Positions 38,901 to 48,349 of a stretch of DNA of 64,000 nt are shown here, one piece after another (within the stretch, counting starts at the first letter, position 1; each line of letters opens with the position of its first letter). The stretch is from an uncultured Chloroflexia bacterium (GTDB lineage: Bacteria > Chloroflexota > Limnocylindria > Limnocylindrales > CSP1-4): the NCBI GenBank assembly GCA_963826225.1, contig CAWGWF010000001.1, forward strand, positions 462,099 through 526,098, in the 5' to 3' direction. The position numbers and the translations under genes were made by a program. The notes under the pieces are model-generated. The model worked only from the letters and a program-made list of their open reading frames with translations, was not told the DNA's origin and did no database searches.

Positions 38901-39411
38901 GCGGGGAATCGTCCACCAGGTCCCGCAGGGGCCTTGCGGCGGGGTTCTCGTTGGCCAGCCGCAGCAGGAGCATCGCCTCCAGCTGTGCCGGGTCCGGGCG
39001 GCCGGCAGTATCCGGGAACTCGCCCGCCACCGCCTGAAGGAGGTCGCCCAGGGCCGCCTCGCCCAGCGTCTCCCCCACGGCGGCCGTCGCCGCGGGCATG
39101 GCCGCCGCCGGATCCAGCTCACCGGCCTTCGCGACCAGCAGGTGCGAGATCTCGTGGAGCAGCGCGAGGGCGGCCAGCTCACCGGCCTGGGCGCTGGGCT
39201 CGTCGGGCCGGCGAACCGCGTTGACGGCTGCGGCGACGCGTCTCGCGGCCGCCATGTCACGTGCGAGGGGCGAGGCCGGACGGACACCCGCCGCCGCGGA
39301 CGCCGTCACGGGCGCCGGGGCGGCCTCCGGGATGGCGAACCGGCGTCGTGCGGTGCTCGAGATGGGCAGCGCTCGCATGGCGACCAGTGTGTCACGGACG
39401 CGACGCCGCAT
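35938..39411 (-). CDS. large GH13 (alpha-amylase family) glycoside hydrolase with long N- and C-terminal extensions
   Basis: GH13 conserved regions: DMVPNHMG (I), RFDAAMVLAKK (II), LLAEAFW (III), FMNNPDE (IV), with GVTGLWLIGLW as beta-strand 1. About 1150 aa. The exact start is uncertain. Confidence 0.7.
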   Translation of the reverse strand: MRRRVRDTLVAMRALPISSTARRRFAIPEAAPAPVTASAAAGVRPASPLARDMAAARRVAAAVNAVRRPDEPSAQAGELAALALLHEISHLLVAKAGELDPAAAMPAATAAVGETLGEAALGDLLQAVAGEFPDTAGRPDPAQLEAMLLLRLANENPAARPLRDLVDDSPLPGEERDAAMASLDAYHAAQAPIGPDGETLIELLRAPARAHPTSLAGQLRYVRERWRGLLGEALDALLDRMLLTLDVMAEEERGLHLRFGGGGAGDAAGHGEAPDLTGLDAEPERFSSDSAWMPRLVLIAKSTHVWLDQLSRTYGRAIRTLDAIPDEELDRLARWGVTGLWLIGLWQRSKASQRIKAWRGNPDAAASAYSLDDYRIADDLGGEDAWANLRHRAWARGIRLASDMVPNHMGIDSHWVIDHPEWFLSLPEPPYPAYTFGGENLAEHDRVEIRLEDHYWDNSDAAVVFEHRDRWSGDRRYIYHGNDGTSFPWNDTAQLDFSQAVVREQVVQAILAVARRFPVIRFDAAMVLAKKHVRRLWFPGPGEGGGAIPSRAEHGTMTAAQFDAAMPAEFWREVVDRVAAEVPDTLLLAEAFWLLEGYFVRTLGMHRVYNSAFMHMLRDEDNAGYRRVLKDTLEFDPEILKRYVNFMNNPDEKTAVEQFGKGDKYVGVATLLATLPGLPMIGHGQFEGFAEKYGMEFRRASLDERPDPWLVERHEREIVPLLHRRGDFAEAADFLLYDFAHDAGGVDENVFAYSNGRGGARSLVVYHNRYAETSGWIRDSVSFAVKAADGSKRQERRTLAQGLGLADGPADDRWLAFREQRTGLEHLRAVSEIRERGLHLSLRAYETRVLWELRELHDTAGVWRRLAERLGGRGVPSLEGALRELALAPVHDALRAVIAAPSRDAVERFVGAVAEATGTAGDRAAVTDAVVDRAAAAEPVVAGIADPSQAAALRVWTLLSPLGSLPSGAAVGPTSRAWYEELRLAPVVADALRGRGLDEGAAWWAAERAHTLLDLPLPSSLGGQAATLPARLVDAWLAHPAVRPFIRVNAWEGAEWFHRESWDELLAWTERLEQVLLPAGAGAMPVAERRATLLRLADAAESSGYRVDRLRETLGAGAPAGATKEARSKTPRLPAATGLPTGPRDAKKGRRTGPDPE

Positions 39412-39480
39412 CGCGCCCCGCGGGCGTCAGCGCTGGGCGTCAGCACGGGTTGTGCCCGTCCGGGTCGTCAGGCCGGGTCG

Positions 39481-40521
39481 TCAGGCCGGGTCATCCCCGC
39501 GCGCGGCGTCCGCCCGCTCGATCGCCCGGCGAAGGAGCTCGAACGCCGCGGGGTCGAACTCGTAGGTCCACTCGCGCAGGCGCTCTTGCCGCTCGAACCG
39601 GGCCTCGAGTCCCAGCGCCATCGCCTCTCGCGAGAGGAGCACAAGGTCCGCCGCGGCGTCGACGCGCGCCAGCGCCGCCTCGGCGTCGGCGACCGCCGGG
39701 ATCACCTCCACGCCCACCGCGCCCGCGAGCTGGAGGGTCTCGAGGATGCTCTCGATGCCGCGAGAGGACCCGCACACGAGGCCCACCTTGGAGCCCGGCG
39801 GCAGCTCCATGACCTCGTGGACCAGCGACATGTAGCCGGGGCCGACCAGCATCGCGACGACCGGCACGCGGCCCGCGACGTAGGCCTGCGCCTCGTCCGC
39901 ATGGACGGTGATCGTGGCGACCAGGTCGTAGTGGTAGCGGTCGAGCCGGTCGGGCAGCTCCTCCAGGAGCACCGGCGTGACCTCGACCCGCTCCGGGAAG
40001 GCCTCCGTGATCCGCTCCGCGTCCACGTTGGCGTCGGCGGTCGTGCACTCCGCGAACAGGATCCGGACGTGGGGTCCGGGCCGCTTGCGCTCCGTGGCCG
40101 CGGTGAACGTGGCCTGGGCGACTTCGTCGGGGGTGAACCCAAGCTGGGCCGCGCGGCGCAGGGTCTCCGCCACGATCCCTGCCAGGGCGTCCGATCCGCG
40201 CCGGACCGGCGGCCGGTCCACGACCCGCGTGCCGGCGCCGTGTCGTCCGAGAACGTAGCCGGCGTCCGCCAGGCGCCGGTAGACGGCCCGAACCGTGTTG
40301 GGGTTGACGCGCAGGACTGCGCCCAGCTCCCGGACCGGCGGCAGGCGCGTGCCGGGCTGGAGCCGTCCCGACTCGATCTGATAGGCGAGCTGCCAGTAGA
40401 TCTGGGTCGAGATCGGGACGTCCGAACCGCGCTCGATGTCGAGGTCGTGATGAGCCGTGACGGTCCCGCTCGTGGGGGGCCGTTCGGAGGGGGCAACAGG
40501 GCCGTTCCGGCCACTTGACAT
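39481..40521 (-). CDS. GntR-family regulator with a large C-terminal ligand-binding domain (AraR-like architecture)
   Basis: ATG at 40521. wHTH LPPVRELGAVLRVNPNTVRAVYRRLADAGYVLGRHGAGTRV, and a ~250 aa C-terminal domain resembling a sugar-binding fold. The upstream 230 codons of the track ORF are junk. Confidence 0.75.
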   Translation of the reverse strand: MSSGRNGPVAPSERPPTSGTVTAHHDLDIERGSDVPISTQIYWQLAYQIESGRLQPGTRLPPVRELGAVLRVNPNTVRAVYRRLADAGYVLGRHGAGTRVVDRPPVRRGSDALAGIVAETLRRAAQLGFTPDEVAQATFTAATERKRPGPHVRILFAECTTADANVDAERITEAFPERVEVTPVLLEELPDRLDRYHYDLVATITVHADEAQAYVAGRVPVVAMLVGPGYMSLVHEVMELPPGSKVGLVCGSSRGIESILETLQLAGAVGVEVIPAVADAEAALARVDAAADLVLLSREAMALGLEARFERQERLREWTYEFDPAAFELLRRAIERADAARGDDPA

Positions 40522-40600
40522 ATCGGAATAGTCCAAATAGTGTCGGGCTTGGCCCAGTTGACTATAGCAATCGACGCATCCCGCGCCACTCGACCACATC
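40522..40600. promoter_or_regulatory. AT-richer intergenic region with ATAGTC(26-nt spacer)GACTAT inverted repeat and reiterated ATAG; candidate operator/promoter for the GntR-like gene
   Basis: aatAGTCcaaatagtgtcgggcttggcccagttGACTatag lies immediately upstream of the regulator start. Local GC is far below the window average. Confidence 0.35.
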
Positions 40601-40706
40601 CTGGCGCCGACCCTCCCCCTCCTTCCGGCGCCACGAACGACCCCCGGGCTCGTCCCGGGGGTCGTTGGATTCCCGGGCCGACGCGGGGAGGCGGCGCGTG
40701 GTCTGG

Positions 40707-42113
40707 CTACTCGTGCGGCGGTGGCTGCCCGACCTCGGCCAGGGCCTGGCGGTAGATCGTCGCCCCGTCGATCCCCAGGCGGGGCGACCGGAGCGCCTCC
40801 AGATCTGCGACCAGCCGTCGCTCCAGCCCGCCGCCGGTCATCCCGTCCATCAGCCGGGCGGCGCGGGCAGCGGCGCGCAGCACGAGGTGTGTCTCCGCTC
40901 GAGCCGGGTCGTCCCAGTACCAGCCACAGGAGGCGAACATCGCCAGCCGCCAGCGCTGCGCCTCCATGACGTCCAGCAGCCGCGCCCGGTGCGCCGGCGT
41001 GGCCGCCGACCCCAGCTCGGCTGCCGCCCACGCCCGCGGCTCGGCCGCGCCGATCACCACGTCCACGAAGCGGTCCCGGGCGGCCCAGGCGTCGGTGAGC
41101 CCCGGCAGGTCGGCCGCCATGCGCTCGGTGGCCCCGTCGATGCCGCCGGCGAGCCGGTCCAGCGCCCCGCGGAGCGGCGACTTCCAGCGACCATCCGGCA
41201 CGTCCGGGCACTCGGCCGTCCAGCGGAGCACCCCGTGGTGGCAGCTCCAGGACGTGCGGTCGCGGATCCGGATCTCTGGGTGGGGCCGGCCCGGCGGCTC
41301 CTCGAGCGCCGTCGCAAGGTCCACGACGTCGAAGCTGCGGTCCCGCGTCGCGGCGTCCGGGGCCACCAGGCGCTGCAGGAAGAGCTCTCGGAACGGCTGG
41401 TGGTGGCCGTACAGCTCACCGTCGCTGGCGATCAGCAGCATCGGCGATGCGCCGTCCGGCAGCCCGATCGCGAGCCTGGGAGCCACCCGCTCGCGGGCGA
41501 AGCGGTCCGCGTCGGCGGTGGCGCCGGGCTCGAACGAGATCGCGCCCGAGAGGTCACCGTCGTAGAACGCGACCGTGATGGCGTGCCCACCGCCGACGTC
41601 CACGCGGTACGGCCGCCGCACGTCCACGTGGGGGACGTCGGCCTGCCACGGAGCGAGGATGGTGGCCGTGACGCCGGCCTCGGCAAGGATCCGGAGCGTC
41701 GGCAGGTCCACCGCGGTCTCGGGCAGCCAAAGGGCCGTCGGCCGGCGCCCGAACCGGTGCTCGAAGTCCCGGAGGCCCCACACCACCTCGGTCCGCCGGT
41801 CGTGCATCGGCGCCAGGGGCAGGATCGAGTGGTGGAACGCCTGCGCGATGCCGGGCCGGGCCGCTGCGGCGAACCCGGCGAGCACGTCCGGGGCCTCCTC
41901 CGCGAGGTAGTCGGACAGCGTGGGGCCCAGGTCCCACGACGTGTGCCGGAGCACTCCCCGCTCCGCGTTGGGGCGGTAGCACTCGGCGGTGATCCGCTCG
42001 TTCCAGTCACGGAACGGTGCCGCCGAGGCATCCGGCGGGACCTGGCCCGAGAACGGGTCCCGCCGCGGTGGCTGGTAGAAGTGCGCGTGGACGACGAGGC
42101 GACCCCGGCTCAC
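40707..42113 (-). CDS. glycoside hydrolase family 57 protein
   Basis: HAHFYQPPR region-I-like motif near the N-terminus, GH57-like acidic catalytic region, 468 aa. Overlaps the upstream GH57 gene by 4 nt. Confidence 0.75.
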   Translation of the reverse strand: MSRGRLVVHAHFYQPPRRDPFSGQVPPDASAAPFRDWNERITAECYRPNAERGVLRHTSWDLGPTLSDYLAEEAPDVLAGFAAAARPGIAQAFHHSILPLAPMHDRRTEVVWGLRDFEHRFGRRPTALWLPETAVDLPTLRILAEAGVTATILAPWQADVPHVDVRRPYRVDVGGGHAITVAFYDGDLSGAISFEPGATADADRFARERVAPRLAIGLPDGASPMLLIASDGELYGHHQPFRELFLQRLVAPDAATRDRSFDVVDLATALEEPPGRPHPEIRIRDRTSWSCHHGVLRWTAECPDVPDGRWKSPLRGALDRLAGGIDGATERMAADLPGLTDAWAARDRFVDVVIGAAEPRAWAAAELGSAATPAHRARLLDVMEAQRWRLAMFASCGWYWDDPARAETHLVLRAAARAARLMDGMTGGGLERRLVADLEALRSPRLGIDGATIYRQALAEVGQPPPHE

Positions 42114-44272
42114 GAGCGACCCGCCTCCGCTGCGTGCCGGTCACGAGCGATCGTCGCGACCTGGCGCACCGTGAACCGGCGCGTCTCGCCGGGCGCCAGG
42201 CGCACGGGCCACGACAGCAGCAGGCCGCTGCCCTGGTAGGCACGCTCGAAGCCGGACTCGGAGTTGGACACCGTCTCGATCGGGCTCCACCAGGCGTCCG
42301 CCGCCGGGTCCACCCGGGTATCGACCGCGACGCCGACCCAGTCGTTGCCGTAGCCGATGGCGGTGACACCCGTGGCCTGGTCCGCCCCATCATGCCGGGA
42401 GCGCTCCCCGGCGACCTCGTACCAGGCCGCGGGGTTGCCGCCACCGCCCAAGAGGTGGAGCGAGAGTTCCAGGCCCAGGCGGGTGTCGATCGCCTCGCCG
42501 CCGGCGTGGCGCACCTCCAGCTCGATGGCCAGCTCCGGCGCCATCCGGTCGCCCGCCAGCCGGATCGCCCGGCGCACGGTGATCGGCTGGCCGAACGCGG
42601 TCCCGTCACGGGACAGCACGACGACACCCGGAGCCACGTCGTCCACGGTGAACGCACCGTCCCGGAAATCGCCATGCTCCACCTCGGTGGCCGTGGCGAC
42701 CGCCTCCGGGGTCACGTCGGGCGCGAGGAACCGGACCAGTCCGGAGCGGCGCTCGTGGTCGTCATAGTGGAGCCGCCGTGCGAGGCCGTCCTCCTTGGCC
42801 AGCACGCGCTCGTGGATCGAGGCCGGCCCCTGCTGCTCGCCACCTCGGTCGTCGTCGTCTGCGCCCGACGCCTCGCTCGCGCGCAGCGTCTCGTGGTAGG
42901 CCTCGGGCCGGCGCCGGAGCACGGCCGTCATCGCGTGCCGGGCGGCGCGCAGGTCCCAGCTCCCGATCCCGCCCCCCTCGGACGGCTTGAGCGTGACCAC
43001 CTGGCCCGCGTCGGCGAGCAGCACCTCCGGCAGCCCGTCCATGTCCAGGTCCCGGAGATCGGCGTTGGCCAACGTGCCAAGCGCCGCGTCCGCCGCGTCC
43101 TCGGCCGCGATCAGCTCCGCGTGCGTGGCGAGGCGCATGTGGCCGATGTAGATCCCGCCGAACAGGCCGTGCCAGTAGCAGTCGTTGGACTGGCCGCGGT
43201 GGAGGTGGTCCCGGGCGGCGTCGCGGGCCGGGCCGGGGGGCATCGCGGCGACCTTGGCGGACGCCCGGAGCATCTGCTTGTGGAGGTCGTTCACCTCGCG
43301 GTACCGGACCTGGAAGTTGCGCCAGAACCCGCCGCGCAGCCAGCGCGCCTCGGGGCGGCGCTCCGCGACCGCCCGGTGCAGCAGCGGCGCGAACACCGCC
43401 GTCTCGCGGGGCGGCAGCGCCCACTCGCCCATCTCCGCGTACGACGAGGTTGGGACGTAGACCCGGCCGATCGGCGGCTCCCGCTCCAGCCACTGCGACG
43501 GCGTCACGAGGGTGAGCCAGCCGGCATTGGCCTCCAGCGCCTCGAAGAACGACTCGATCCAGCGGCCGCGGCCCCAGCAGTGCTCGTGCGTGCCGGGCCA
43601 GGCGCCGAACTTCTCGCCGTCGTCGCCCATCGTCCCCAGCCGGTTCCCGGCGACGGTGGCGTGCTCGCGGAGGTGGTCGATGACGCCGTCCACGGTCCCG
43701 AACGGGATCCGGTACCGGAGGCCCTGTTCCGTGCCGAACACGGTGAGCGGGTGGCCCTGGTCCTCGGTCACGTACGCGCCCCAGAGGTCCTCCTCCGGGA
43801 TCGCTGCGGCGCGGAAGTGCTGGTCGTCCAGGATCGTCCAGCGGTAGCCGGCGGTGTGCAGCGAGGTGGGCAGGTCCGGCTCCCAGACGCGTTCCGCCAG
43901 CCAGGCGCCGGTCGGCCGGTGGCCGGTGATCCTCTCCACTACGGAGGCCATGCCGGTCAGCTGGTCCACCCGATCGTGCTCGGGAAGCGACGCCAGGACG
44001 GGCTCGTACAGGCCACCGCCCATCAGCTCCACCTGGTCCCGGGCGGCCAGGGCGGCGAGGCGGTCCAGGAACGCCGGGCGCTCCGCGGCCAGCCACTCCA
44101 GGAGCGGGCCCGTGTAGTGGAGCGACATGCGGATGGCCGGGTGGCGCTCCAGCGCCTCGAGCAGCGGCAGGTACGCCCGCTCGTACACGTCCGCGATGAC
44201 CCAGCCGAAGTTGCCGACCGGCTGGTGGTTGTGGATGGCGAGCGCCAGCGAGATGCGCGAGGTGGACGTCAC
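42110..44272 (-). CDS. GH57 alpha-amylase/4-alpha-glucanotransferase-type enzyme (GH57 plus DUF1925/1926-like C-terminus)
   Basis: LAIHNHQPVGNF (GH57 region I), GTMGDDGEKFGAWPGT catalytic region, 720 aa. Confidence 0.8.
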   Translation of the reverse strand: MTSTSRISLALAIHNHQPVGNFGWVIADVYERAYLPLLEALERHPAIRMSLHYTGPLLEWLAAERPAFLDRLAALAARDQVELMGGGLYEPVLASLPEHDRVDQLTGMASVVERITGHRPTGAWLAERVWEPDLPTSLHTAGYRWTILDDQHFRAAAIPEEDLWGAYVTEDQGHPLTVFGTEQGLRYRIPFGTVDGVIDHLREHATVAGNRLGTMGDDGEKFGAWPGTHEHCWGRGRWIESFFEALEANAGWLTLVTPSQWLEREPPIGRVYVPTSSYAEMGEWALPPRETAVFAPLLHRAVAERRPEARWLRGGFWRNFQVRYREVNDLHKQMLRASAKVAAMPPGPARDAARDHLHRGQSNDCYWHGLFGGIYIGHMRLATHAELIAAEDAADAALGTLANADLRDLDMDGLPEVLLADAGQVVTLKPSEGGGIGSWDLRAARHAMTAVLRRRPEAYHETLRASEASGADDDDRGGEQQGPASIHERVLAKEDGLARRLHYDDHERRSGLVRFLAPDVTPEAVATATEVEHGDFRDGAFTVDDVAPGVVVLSRDGTAFGQPITVRRAIRLAGDRMAPELAIELEVRHAGGEAIDTRLGLELSLHLLGGGGNPAAWYEVAGERSRHDGADQATGVTAIGYGNDWVGVAVDTRVDPAADAWWSPIETVSNSESGFERAYQGSGLLLSWPVRLAPGETRRFTVRQVATIARDRHAAEAGRS

Positions 44273-44288
44273 GTCGGTTGTTCCCGGC

Positions 44289-46523
44289 TCAGCTGGCGGC
44301 GGCGCCCGCCGCGTCCGGCTCCGCGTCCGGCTCCGCGCCCGCCCCGTCCGCCCCGTCCGCCGCCGTGCCCGCCCGGGCCGCCGGCAGGTACAGCTGCTCC
44401 ACGTACTCGTGGAGCATGCGGGTGGTGGAGAAGCGCCAGATCGTGCTGCCGATGGAGTTGCGCATCAGCTGGGTCCAGCGGGCGGGAGCGCCATCGCCGT
44501 CCCGCTCGTAGTAGGCGGGGACCAGCTCCTGTTCCAGGATCCGGTACAGGTCCTGCGCGTCCGCCCAGTCCTGGGCGCCCTCGTCCGGGTTCGTCTCCCG
44601 CCCGCCGATCGCCCAGCCGTTGTCCCCGGTCCAGCCCTCGTCCCACCAGCCGTCGAGGACGCTCACGTTGACGACCCCGTTGGCGGCCGCCTTCATCCCC
44701 GAGGTGCCGGACGCCTCCAGCGGGCGCCGCGGGTTGTTCAGCCACACGTCCACGCCCTGGACCAGGAACCGGGCGATGCGGATGTCGTAGTCCTCCAGGA
44801 TGAACACGCGGCCCCGGAGCTTCGAGCTCCGGGAGCGACCGAAGATCTCCTGGATCACGCCCTGGCCCGGGCGGTCCGCCGGATGGGCCTTACCCGCGAA
44901 GATCAGCTGGACTGGCCGGTCCGCGTCCCACACCAGGCGGGCGAGCCGGTCGAGGTCCGAGAAGACGAGCGACGCGCGCTTGTAGGTTGCGAACCGGCGC
45001 GCGAACCCGATCGTCAGGATCGAGGGATCGAGGATGCCCTCGAGCTCCTCGAGGGTGGACGGCGCCTCGCCGTGGCGGGCGAACTGGCTGCGCAGGCGGC
45101 CGCGGGCGAAGATCGCCAACTCCAGCTTCTGGCGCTGGTGCGCGTCCCACAGGTCCTGCGTCGGCACCCGTTCCAGCCGCTCCCAGAACCGCGCCGACTT
45201 CCGCTGGTCGTCCATGCGGTCGAGGTCTGCGTTGGTCCAGCGCTCCAGGACGTCGCGCACCGGTTGGCCGGTCCAGGTGGGCGTGTGGACGCCGTTGGTG
45301 ATGCCCAGGATCTCGTGCGGCATCACTCCCCGCCAGGTCTGGTTGGCGGTGTGGGCGTGGAGCCCGCTGACGGCGTTGGCGCCCATCGTGAGGCGCAGTG
45401 AGAAGGCGGTCATGTCGAACTGCGATTGGTCGCCGTCCACGCCCAGCCCAAGGTCCAGCACGGCCGTCATGTTCACCCCGCCCGTGTCCGGGCGGCCGTC
45501 GCCCTCCAGCAGGGGCCCGGCCACCCGCTTCACGAGGTCTGCGTCGAAGCGCTCGTTGCCGGCCGACACGGGGGTGTGGATCGTGAACACGCTGTTGGCA
45601 CGGACCGCGGCCCAGGCTTCCTCCAGGGGGGCTCCGCCACTCACCAGCTCCCGTGCCCGCTCCGCGAGCAGGAACGCGGAATGGCCCTCGTTGAGGTGCC
45701 AGGTCGCCGGCGCCAGGCCCAGGGCGCGCAGCGCGCGGACTCCGCCGACGCCCAGGACCAGCTCCTGGTGGAGCCGCATCTCCCGGCCGCGCACGTACAG
45801 GATGTGGCTGATCGGACGGTCCGAGTCGTCGTTGTCCGGGACGTCCGTGTCCAGCAGAAGGATCGGGACCCGGCCGACCTGGACCACCCACACGGCGGCG
45901 ACGAGGTCGCGCCCAGGCAGCTGGACGCTGACGGTGAGCGGCCCACCCAGCCGGTCCAGCGCGCGCAGGATCGGCAGGCGTGCGGTCTCGTAGTCCGGGT
46001 ACGCGTGCTCCTGGTGCCCGTCCGCGTCGATCGACTGCCGGAAGTAGCCCTTGCGGTACATGAGACCCACGCCGACCAGCGGCAGTGCCATGTCCGAGGC
46101 CGTCTTCATGTGGTCGCCTGCGAGCACGCCCAGGCCGCCGGAGTAGATTCCCAGCGACTCCTGGAACCCGTACTCCGCGCAGAAGTAGGCGATCGGGCCA
46201 TGGAGCTCCGTGCCGTGATGACGGGCAAACCAGTGGTCGGAGCCGTTGGCCATGTACGCGTCGAACTCGGCCAGGATGTCCTCGTACTCCGCGAGGAAGC
46301 GCGAGTTGCCCAGCAGCTGGTCCCAGGCGATCGGGCCGGACAGCATCGGGATCGGATTGCGGTAGCGCGCCCAGGCACCGGCGTCGATGCGCGAGAACAG
46401 GACCCGCGCCCGCGGGTGCCAGCTCCACCACAGGTTGTAGGCAAGCCGGCGCAGGCCTTCCAGCCGGGGCGGCACGTTGAACGAGGCACCCGGCGCCACC
46501 GGGATCCGGACGAGGGGCTCCAT
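44289..46523 (-). CDS. glgP: alpha-glucan (glycogen/maltodextrin) phosphorylase, GT35
   Basis: ATG at 46523. DUF3417-type N-terminus (LAYNLWWSWH), GT35 core (YFCAEYG, GGLGVLAGDH), and PLP-Lys region EASGTSGMKAAANG. Confidence 0.9.
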   Translation of the reverse strand: MEPLVRIPVAPGASFNVPPRLEGLRRLAYNLWWSWHPRARVLFSRIDAGAWARYRNPIPMLSGPIAWDQLLGNSRFLAEYEDILAEFDAYMANGSDHWFARHHGTELHGPIAYFCAEYGFQESLGIYSGGLGVLAGDHMKTASDMALPLVGVGLMYRKGYFRQSIDADGHQEHAYPDYETARLPILRALDRLGGPLTVSVQLPGRDLVAAVWVVQVGRVPILLLDTDVPDNDDSDRPISHILYVRGREMRLHQELVLGVGGVRALRALGLAPATWHLNEGHSAFLLAERARELVSGGAPLEEAWAAVRANSVFTIHTPVSAGNERFDADLVKRVAGPLLEGDGRPDTGGVNMTAVLDLGLGVDGDQSQFDMTAFSLRLTMGANAVSGLHAHTANQTWRGVMPHEILGITNGVHTPTWTGQPVRDVLERWTNADLDRMDDQRKSARFWERLERVPTQDLWDAHQRQKLELAIFARGRLRSQFARHGEAPSTLEELEGILDPSILTIGFARRFATYKRASLVFSDLDRLARLVWDADRPVQLIFAGKAHPADRPGQGVIQEIFGRSRSSKLRGRVFILEDYDIRIARFLVQGVDVWLNNPRRPLEASGTSGMKAAANGVVNVSVLDGWWDEGWTGDNGWAIGGRETNPDEGAQDWADAQDLYRILEQELVPAYYERDGDGAPARWTQLMRNSIGSTIWRFSTTRMLHEYVEQLYLPAARAGTAADGADGAGAEPDAEPDAAGAAAS

Positions 46524-46563
46524 GAGCGGCCCATGATAGCCCGGCCCGGCGGTACGATCGCCG

Positions 46564-48036
46564 GTGATGACGATGCGCGTCGCGCTCCTCGCCGCCGAGT
46601 GCGAGCCGTGGGCGAAGGCCGGCGGCCTGGCCGACGTGGTGGACGCGCTGGCCCGGGCGCTGGGGCGCCTGCCGGAGGCCGGGTCGGTGCTGCACGCGCC
46701 CGTGGATGTGTTCCTGCCCCGGTACCGGTCCGTGCCGGCGCCGGCCTCGGCGGTCCCGGAGCCGCCCCTCCTGATCGAGGATCCGGCAGGCGGCGCCCCG
46801 TTGCCGGTCACGATCCTGGTCGTCGAGGCGGACGGGTACCGGCTCCGGCTGGTGGACCACCCGGCGGCCTTCGATCGGGACGGCTACTACGACCACCCCG
46901 ACGACGCGTGGCGGTTCGCGGTCCTGTGCCGCGCGGCGCTGGCCGCGCTCCGGCGCGACGGCGTTCCGCTGGACGTCCTCCACGTCCACGACTGGCACAC
47001 GGGCCCCGCGCTGCTCGAGCGGGCGCGCGGCGAGGCGGCCCGCGACCCCTTCTTCACCGGGATGGCCGTGGTCGCCACGCTCCACAACCTCGCCTACCAC
47101 GGTTGGACGCCGCTGGAGCGGCTGCCGGAGCTCGGCCTCGTGGCGGGCGAGCCGCTGGCCGGCGACAACCCGGACGGGATCGACCTGCTGCTGACCATGG
47201 TCGAGCGCTCGGAGCTCGTGAACACGGTCTCGCCCGGGTTCGCCCGGGAGGCCCTGACCCCGGCGTTCGGGATGGGCCTGGACCCGACGCTGCGCGGGCT
47301 GGGCGACCGGTTCCTCGGCATCCTCAACGGCATCGACCCGCACGTCTGGGACCCGGCCGCCGATCCGGCGCTGGCAGCCCCGTACGCAAGGGGCGCGATG
47401 GACGGCAAGGCGGCCTGCCGGCGGGACCTCCTGGCGCGGCTCGGCTTCGATGCCGACGACGACGGCCCCGTCCTGGGCATGATCGGGCGGATGGACCCGC
47501 AGAAGGGGTTCGATCTGCTGGCCGACGGCGCCGCCGAGCTGCTGGAGACAGGCGCGCGCATCGTGGTCCAGGGCAGCGGCCACCCGGACCTCGCGGATCC
47601 GTTCCGGCTGCTGGCCGGCGCAGTCCCGCAGCGCGTCGCGCTGATCGAGCGCTTCGACCGGGACATGGCACGCCGGATCTACGCCGGCGTCGACATGTTC
47701 CTCATGCCGTCGCGCTTCGAGCCCTGCGGCCAGGGCCAGATGATCGCCCTGCGGTACGGGACGCCTCCGGTGGTGCGGCGGACCGGCGGCCTGGCGGACT
47801 CGGTCGTGGACGTGGACGAGCATCCGGGGGAGGGGACCGGGTTCGTGTTCGACGCGGCGACCCCGGCGGCGCTGGTGGAGGCGGTGGAGCGGGCGATCGC
47901 GCTGCGCGCCGGGGACCCGGGAGCCTGGGCGGCGCTCCTGGACCGCGGAATGGCCGTGGACTTCCGTTGGGAGGTGGGGCCGGCGCCGCGGTACCTGGCG
48001 GCGTATCGCCGCGCGGTCGCGCTCCGGCGGGGGTAG
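46564..48036 (+). CDS. glgA: glycogen/starch synthase (ADP-glucose type, GT5)
   Basis: MRVALLAAECEPWAKAGGLADVV is the KTGGL-like motif. GT-B C-terminal region with PSRFEPCGQ. Confidence 0.9.
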   Translation: MMTMRVALLAAECEPWAKAGGLADVVDALARALGRLPEAGSVLHAPVDVFLPRYRSVPAPASAVPEPPLLIEDPAGGAPLPVTILVVEADGYRLRLVDHPAAFDRDGYYDHPDDAWRFAVLCRAALAALRRDGVPLDVLHVHDWHTGPALLERARGEAARDPFFTGMAVVATLHNLAYHGWTPLERLPELGLVAGEPLAGDNPDGIDLLLTMVERSELVNTVSPGFAREALTPAFGMGLDPTLRGLGDRFLGILNGIDPHVWDPAADPALAAPYARGAMDGKAACRRDLLARLGFDADDDGPVLGMIGRMDPQKGFDLLADGAAELLETGARIVVQGSGHPDLADPFRLLAGAVPQRVALIERFDRDMARRIYAGVDMFLMPSRFEPCGQGQMIALRYGTPPVVRRTGGLADSVVDVDEHPGEGTGFVFDAATPAALVEAVERAIALRAGDPGAWAALLDRGMAVDFRWEVGPAPRYLAAYRRAVALRRG

Positions 48037-48349
48037 CCGCCCGCGGGGGTCGCGCCCGCGGTCCCCACGCGTCGCCACGGTGCCCGCGAGCTCATGCTCG
48101 GCGCCTGGCCGCTCGGTGGCACAGGCGCGTGCCAATGGGACCTGTCCGCCGCTCGACTCGCGCCCCGACATCGCGAAGCTGCGATCGACCCGTGCATGCC
48201 AGACGACCAGGTGACACACAGCCGTGCCGCGCGCCGCAAGCGGCCGTCGGGCCGGCCGCGAACCCGGGGCTCGCCCTCGCGCCCGCGCCGTGCGAGAATC
48301 GGTGCCGATCCAGATCCACCCGCGGCCACCCCGCCGCCCGGAGGCCACG

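Noticed and set aside
36238-40518. 1426-aa plus-strand ORF antisense to the GH13 gene and the GntR-like gene
   Set aside because: Low-complexity R/G/P/D-rich antisense translation. The opposite strand has clear GH13 conserved regions and a wHTH regulator.
42017-44671. 884-aa plus-strand ORF antisense to the large GH57 gene
   Set aside because: The minus strand has the HNHQP GH57 signature and catalytic region. The plus frame is R/A/G-rich junk.
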